The translations under genes were made by a program, and so were the position numbers. 64,000 bases of DNA from Octopus vulgaris. Taxonomy: Eukaryota. The stretch lies in contig OX597821.1 of the NCBI GenBank assembly GCA_951406725.2, positions 77,190,001 through 77,254,000 on the forward strand. The letters are read 5' to 3'. Shown piece after piece: positions 56,700 to 64,000 of the stretch. Under the pieces are notes generated by a model. That model had not been told where the DNA came from, did no database searches, and saw only the letters and a list, made by a program, of their open reading frames with translations. Position 1 is the first letter of the stretch. Every line of letters starts with the position of its first letter.

Positions 56700-56880
56700 A
56701 TAGCTGAGCTCTGATTGGTTGCATGCAAATGAGTTCATAACTTGGGTCCGGAACTCTCGCGAGAAAAAATTTCGCCGGTGGCAGGACCAACCCGCTTTTC
56801 TCGACCGGGCCCGTCGCTCCTCGAACGCAGGCACGGCTAACCGACGGGGACGGGATAAACGCACCTCGCCCTCAAGCACA
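56700..56880. promoter_or_regulatory. CpG-rich promoter-like island
   Basis: ATTGG (56714-56718), octamer ATGCAAAT (56723-56730) and palindrome TCTCGCGAGA (56755-56764), followed by about 110 bp of CpG-dense sequence. Confidence 0.5.
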
Positions 56881-57173
56881 TCTAATACTAGTCAAATACT
56901 GGACTAGAATAGCAATATTTCTGTGAGAAAACCCCAATACACACAAACACTTTATAGTGCCTGCAATGTCAGAAAGAATGAGAGACCCTACTGACATAGC
57001 CAAGAATGAGAGACCCTACTGACATAGCCAAAAATCCCTTGAGATCTCTGAGAACCCTTGACACACCGGGAGCTGGCAGCTTTAGATAATGAAGATAAAT
57101 TCAAATTATTCATTATACATACAACTCGTTCACCATGAACTCACACAAAAATATCTATTACAAACAAAAACGC

Positions 57174-57214
<41 letters not shown>

Positions 57215-58051
57215 CATACATACATACATACATACATACATACATACATACATACACACATACACACATACATACATACACATACATACATACATACATA
57301 CATGCATGCATGCATACATACATACATACATACATACATACATACATACATACATACATACATACATACATACATGCATGCATAAATACATACATACATA
57401 CATGCATGCATGCATGCATGCATACATGCATACATACATACATACATACATACATACATACATACATACATACATACATACGTGATTGGAGCAGTAGATA
57501 GATACATACATACATACATACATACATACATACATACATACATACATACATACATACATACATACATACATACATACATACATACATACATACGTGATTG
57601 GAGCAGTAGGTTTTGTTAGTAAATGCTTAAGGGAGAATCTGGATTAACTGGGGTTTTCAGAAACAGAAATCGACCGGCTGATTCGTACCGTACAAGTCCA
57701 GTCTGTTAATGGAACAGTAAAAATACACAAGACTTTTCTCAAGTCCCAAATGTGAATTTGTCTGTGTTAACTACATCCCAAAGATGGAGCCTTGTGTGTG
57801 TGTTTATGGCAAGTTATAATAACATTTTAACGTTATACTGAAGAAGTACTCAATACTTTCATGTAGAGTACATGTTTATTAATTAAACTAAGAGGGGTGA
57901 CAATGCCTTCGAATTTTCGACCTACCAAGCTTCGAGGGACTGACAAAGGCTAGCAGGCTGAGACCTCGAAGTCACTATTACCCCTCTACTTGTGAAAGCT
58001 TAACAGGTATCTATATGTATATATGTATGTGTATATATATGTGTGTGTATG

Positions 58052-58083
<32 letters not shown>

Positions 58084-58104
58084 AGTATGTATATATATTT
58101 ATAT

Positions 58105-58159
<55 letters not shown>

Positions 58160-58205
58160 TATATATATATATATATATACATATGCATGTGTACATACAT
58201 CTATA

Positions 58206-58247
<42 letters not shown>

Positions 58248-58533
58248 TTTGTGGGCACAGGACATAATGAATCGTGTACAACAAAAACTACGAAGCACGA
58301 GTACATTGGACACAAATGGGAAACAAAACAAACAACATAAAGAACGACCCTTCATTAGTTGTTGGCTGTTTTTCTAGTCTCGTATTTCGAGCATTTAATA
58401 ACAATATACGCTTTCTATAAAACAGTTGCTCCCTCAAAGCAAATTAAATAAAATTTTGGATTTTGCGGAGGGTCAAAATTGGTAACACAAACAGAACAGT
58501 GAAAACAAAGAGGAAAGGCTACTAAGCCTAAAT

Positions 58534-58604
<71 letters not shown>

Positions 58605-58622
58605 TACATACACCCACACATC

Positions 58623-58656
<34 letters not shown>

Positions 58657-58853
58657 CAGTAATTTTTTTTTATATATGAGTAGTTACAAATGGGTTTAAA
58701 ACTGATGAAAGTTGCTTTGGTGGAATTTTATTTATTTAATGCAATCAGGATAAATAACCGACCACTATCAAGTAAGACCTGAAACAAGTAAGGTTTTAGA
58801 CATCGTCTTGGAAATTACCAACATTGACTGACTGTACATACATATATATAAAC

Positions 58854-58961
<108 letters not shown>

Positions 58962-59083
58962 TCTATTAAACAATTCAATAATGAAAGATGTCATTCACAC
59001 CATATAGAAAACATATACTATAAAAACCTTATTCTAAAAATCAATGAAGTGCAAAAACAATAAATAGTAAATACTAGAAAAAA

Positions 59084-59203
59084 AGACTACGAGCATTTCG
59101 TGGCTATATTTTCAAATAGATAATAATAATAAAATCAATTCGATTTAAAATTAAATTGATCTAAAATGAATTCTATTTAAAAATACAGCCACTCGTCAGG
59201 TCT
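59084..59203 (-). ncRNA. Type I hammerhead ribozyme with 21-bp extended stem II
   Basis: AGAC-CTGACGA-GTGGCTGTATTTTTAAATAGA-[51 nt]-TCTATTTGAAAATATAGCCAC-GAAA-TGCTC-GTA-GTCT. Confidence 0.8.
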
Positions 59204-59218
59204 AAAATAATAATAATA

Positions 59219-59737
59219 ACAGAAAAAAGATGGTATAGGCACACACCAGAAAAGGTCACAGAAAACGAGAAAGCAACCATACTCTGGGATATGCCGATAC
59301 ACACAGATAGAGAAATTAAGGCCAAAAGGCCAGATATAGTTGTCAGAGATCATGAAGAAAAAAATGCTTTCCTATTGATGTATCAATACCGGCAGATGAC
59401 AACGTGTCTCTAAAAGAAATGGAGAATATCTCAAAATACAAAGACCTAGAAATAGAGGTAACCAGAATGTGGAATCTGAAAACAGAAACAATTCCTATCA
59501 TAGTAGACGCATTAAGCATGATAAAAAAATATTCAGACAAATACATAACAAAAACACCAGGACTTACAAACACATATAACATAGAGAAAATTGCACTACT
59601 TGGCACTGCACACATCCTATGCAAAACACTTTCCATACAATAACCATCAGAGCATCACAACAAATCACAACACATACCCAAGGCACACAGAGCTGCGCTC
59701 GGTAGTGAAGTGAAAGCACGCTATAAAAATAAAGCTA

Positions 59738-59807
<70 letters not shown>
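59219..59807 (+). mobile_element. R4/Dong LINE 3' fragment with (AAT)n tail
   Basis: Same family as 16863-18143 (ILWDMPIHTDREIKAKRPDIVV...KYKDLEIEVTRMW); flanked by (TAA)n. Confidence 0.92.
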
Positions 59808-60011
59808 GAATAAATGTACTTATCTTAATTTATACTAATTATCAAATGAATATAGTAAAATAAGTATATTAGCTATAAATAATCGGAAAACATTTGACAT
59901 AAAAACATAACGTATATAGTTGAAATTCATAGACAAAAAAAAATGACGAGAACAGGTGTAAGAACAACATGCAGGTGTATTAGTTTGACACAATCGGGAA
60001 AGCGAAAAAGT

Positions 60012-60047
60012 CTTTTACGTTTCGAGCCCACGCTCTTCAGCAGAATG
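60012..60047 (-). ncRNA. Hammerhead-like motif (family of 8637)
   Basis: CATT-CTGCTGA-A-GAGC-gtgg-GCTC-GAAAC-GTA-AAAG. Confidence 0.5.
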
Positions 60048-60942
60048 GAATTAGGGAAAATATACAGAGACAGAATTTTAAAAAAAGTTAATAATCTAGC
60101 AGTCTATACTTCAAGGTGTTGACCCAGCATGGCCACACTCCAATGACACCAACAAGTAAAAGATTAAAAAACAAATATAGTATTGATCCCTCAGATATAT
60201 ATTTTCAGTCAAATATATTCTCAAAATATATTTGAGAATATATTTGACTATATTCTTAAATATAGTCTTCTCAAAAGTCTATTTGAGAAGAGGTCAAATA
60301 TAGTTTTGACCTCTTCTCAGCCCAACAATTAAACACGTGCTTTTGATTTTAAATGTGTACCATCGCTATCAGTATGTTTTTGTGAGCATACACACATGTC
60401 TATATCTCTTTAGACATATGTATATGCATGATCATGTGTTGGATTATTTCTGCGTCTGTCTGTGCATTCGACTTTATAACGAAGTGAAGCGAAGGTGTAC
60501 GAGTTGTTTTCTTTCAGTTTTTTTTTTCTGTATTACTCTTTTTTTTTTCGCTTTGTTGATACAAGGAATGTTAATATTATTTCGCTATTCTACATGTTAC
60601 TAAGTATTATTTCACTGCATTCTTGTCGTAATTGTTCGTATGTTAGCATTTTTTTCAGTTTCCAATAGTAATCTGTAACTGTTTATATTTTCTGTTTGTG
60701 TATGTGTTTGTCACTTTGTGTGCGTGTCTCTCTGTACTTTCGTCTGTGTGTAAGTACATTTGTGTATTTACCTTCTATCTTTTACGTGTTTCAGTCATTA
60801 AACTGCGGCCATGTTGGGGCACCGCCACGTAGAATTTTTAGTCGAAGGAATCGACCGAGGTACTTATTTCTTTTAAAGTCACGGGAACGCAAATACACCA
60901 ACACCGGTTGTCAAGCGGTGATAGGGGAAACAGACACAAATG

Positions 60943-60979
<37 letters not shown>

Positions 60980-61642
60980 ACACACATACACACACACACA
61001 CACACACAAACAAACACACATAATGAATAGGTTTCTTTCAATTTCTTATTTCTTTACTAACTACAAGGTGCTACACACAGAGGGGACAAACAAGGACAGA
61101 CAAACGGATTAAATCGATTCCATCGACCCCAGTGCGTAACTGATGCTTATTTAATCGACCCCGAAAGGATGAAAGGCAAAGTCGATATCGGCGGAATTTG
61201 AACCCAGAACGTAACGGCAGACGAAATATCGCTAAGCATTTCGCCCGGCCTGCTAGCGATTCTGCCAGCTCGCAGCCTTTTCTTTCAGTTTCTTCCGACC
61301 AAATCCCTTCACAACGCTGGTCGGCCCGAGGCTATAGTAGGAAACACTTGCCCAAAGTGCCATGCAGTGGGACTGAACCAGGAACCATGTAGTTGAGAAG
61401 CAAATTTCTTGCCACATAGTGAGACGTCTGCGTCTATTTATGTATTTTTGCTAAACCTGTTTTACTATGGAGAGAAAAGCGTCAATGTGATTTTATGTAG
61501 TATCTTTAAAAGTTCATTATCTACAATCGCTAACACCGCGAAAAGTAAGGACGAGACAGAAAAAAGCTTTACTCTGGATATATAAATAAAAAGAAAAAGA
61601 AACTGAGTAGGTTTCCTAGCAGTTTAAAGCTTACTGCTACAA

Positions 61643-62330
61643 ACGAAGTGCGTTCAAAAAAAATCAGCCTCAACTAATTCCAAATGGTTTGGAGGTGACG
61701 CTATGCTTCCTGCGCATGCGTAAAAATCTTCGCGCCGGTAGACTGCGTCTGCTCCCGGCTATTACGCCTAGAGTACAGACGTGCGCACTCGACGGATTTT
61801 CGTTTTCACCGCACGCATCGAGCAGAGATGTTGCATTAAGTTTTTCCAAGAACTTGATGATAATCAAGATCAGATCAGTCTAGATATTCAGCAGGCCTTT
61901 GGTGATGATGCCATGGGTAAAACTCATATCATGGAGTGGTACAACCGTTTCAAACATGGCCACACCTCAGTGAAGAGCGAGGCGCTCTCAGAAGCCATCC
62001 ACAAGCCGAAACTAGGCAAGAGCCGATTGGAGAAGGATCGGCGAATATTCACGAAAGGCCTCCGTGTAGCAATCCAAGAAATTGCTCACAAAATGGGAAT
62101 AAGCACAAGATCAATGCATTGCATTTTAACGAAGGATTTGTGCATGCGGAGAGTATCGGCGAAATTGATCCGCAAGGTCCTGGCGGAGCAGCAGAAGTAA
62201 TTCCGCATAGAAATTGCTATGGACATGCTGGACTGTGCAAACCACGTCCCAGACTTGACGAAAACCATTACCTCTGGCGTGAAAACGAAAATCCGACGAG
62301 CGTGAATTACTCGTCTGTACTCTGGACCTA
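61643..62330 (+). pseudogene. Mariner transposase remnant (N-terminal DNA-binding half)
   Basis: EQRCCIKF...QQAFGDDAMGKTHIMEWYNRFKHGHTSV...MRRVSAKLIRKVLAEQQK is a typical mariner HTH and WVPHEL-equivalent region; stop codon, truncated at the start of the catalytic domain. Confidence 0.9.
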
Positions 62331-62954
62331 ACAACCGGAAACTCCAGCAACCTACCGGCGTTGAATAGAGTCGATTACATCAGTTTCCAGTGCCCAACTG
62401 GTACTTATTTTATCGACCCCCCGAAAGGGTGAAAGGGGAAGTCCATCTCGGTGGAATCTGAACTCAGAATGGAAGAAATACAAACGAAATGCCGCTAAGC
62501 ATTTTGTCCGACGTGCTAACGATTCTGCAGAAATTTAAAACAACAACAGCAGCAACAACAACGAGAATAATAATAATAATAACATTAAAGTAATTGTTCC
62601 AATTACATACATAATCTCTGTGTTGCAGACCATCTCTTAAATGTTCCAGCTAAAGTAGGGGAATAATAAAAACACCGCTCCATGGAAATGGAAATGGAAA
62701 TAGAGAGTTGCAAATACAGGGTATCATGGAAGGTGCCTTCTACCTTTTACTTGTTACAGTAATCAAATGGCGGCCAAATTGGGTCATCGGCTTGAAGCGT
62801 TTTCGTCCAACAGATTCATCCAGTACTTATTTCGTATACCTGGTACTAAATCTGTTGGTCATTTTTGTTGAACAGGTAAGACACACTGACGAAAACAAAT
62901 CAACACCGGTTGTCAACTGGTGGAAGACAAACACAGGCATAAAGAGACACATAT

Positions 62955-63006
<52 letters not shown>

Positions 63007-63121
63007 CCACTGCCCCATACTGAAATCAGATGAACCAGTTAGTTCTACTTTTTAAACTCAAATATAATTCTAATCGAAGAATAACTTCCTAGCGTGGACA
63101 ATGATATCCATATTATTGTAA

Positions 63122-63450
63122 TTACATCCGCCTTCGCTTAGGCGGAGGTATTGTTTTCAGTCGTGTTTGTTTGTCTGTGAACAAAATGTCTCAAGAACCG
63201 CTGGAGGGATTCGAAATGAAACTTTCAGGGATGTTTGGCCTCGTGACTGGCATAAACTGTGGGATCGATCCGGTACCGGACAAGGATTCTGGATTATTTT
63301 TCCGTTTTTTTTTTTACTTAATTTCTGAGAGCGATCGGGTTCATTTCTAGTATTCGCGTTTGTGAGAGCAGTCGAGTTTATTTCAGATATTCTCATTTTA
63401 AAAACCATCTCTGGCTAATCGTTAAGAGGACGTTGGTGTTGCCTTGGCAG
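63122..63450 (+). mobile_element. Helentron-associated (HINE/DINE-1-like) non-autonomous fragment
   Basis: TTACATCCGCCT-hairpin-AGGCGGAGGT, then GTTTGTTTGTCTGT microsatellite, with a distal inverted motif CCTTGGCAGA. Confidence 0.55.
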
Positions 63451-64000
63451 AAAATGAGACATTTGCACGTGACTCAATATCCTGGAACATCATGTTCATA
63501 GCCAACCATATAACAACGGTACAAGAAAGTGTAGTCTATGTTTAACTGATACAATTCATATCGTAAAACTTCCCACGAAAATATGAGCAGGAGGCCATCA
63601 CTTGAGACCATTCCTTTCGGACAACTTCTCTTTGACCGAAGTACCAATGGAACTTACACATAGATATCGGTCCACAAATCATAAACGTTACAGGTTATCT
63701 ACCTTTGACACTCGATTGCCAAATCTTTCTTTTCTCTATACCATAGTAGCTGAAACCAACAATAGCAACATTACCTAAAAGACAACAATGCAACCCACAA
63801 TCTCAGTGTTCTAAACCAATTAGAATTGGCTAAACCTACGACCCAGTGATGTATCATTTTCAGTCTATTAAAAGAAGTCATGTAAATTTACACACGAATT
63901 ATTTCTATTCTTTAGCCGTTTCTAATTTGTGTCGCTAACGAATCTAATATGCAAGTGAGTAAAATCGATGCCCCTTACCCGAAGCATTTGTATAAGAAGC

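Noticed and set aside
58370-58420. Further hammerhead in the 58245-58530 insert (and GAAACCGGTT near 47087)
   Set aside because: No recognisable CUGANGA core; too degenerate to call.

Overview
AT-rich, microsatellite-saturated animal genomic DNA. The SINE families resemble those of octopus/coleoid cephalopods (recognised from memory, not by database search). The only supportable host coding sequence is one internal minus-strand exon (6130-6403) with a Vg/TONDU domain (vestigial-like, VGLL1-3 type TEAD cofactor); no other exon could be placed. The rest is intronic or intergenic: tRNA-derived SINEs of several families, LINE remnants (R4/Dong-type, Tx1/L1, CR1, RTE), mariner remnants and MITEs, a probable non-autonomous Helitron, a Helentron-like fragment, Penelope-like fragments, long palindromes and a 100-N gap. 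Nearly all ORFs in the track are microsatellite artefacts. The main unannotated signal is about a dozen type I hammerhead ribozyme motifs from several element families. These include (i) a 362-bp structured monomer with a 118-bp terminal redundancy and central hammerhead, resembling a non-LTR retrozyme (44684-45163); (ii) a TSD-flanked tRNA-headed SINE with a hammerhead tail, into which an R4/Dong LINE has inserted (16389-18415); and (iii) hammerheads with greatly extended stem II (59084-59203, 23351-23456). All structures were read by eye; no folding or searches were run.
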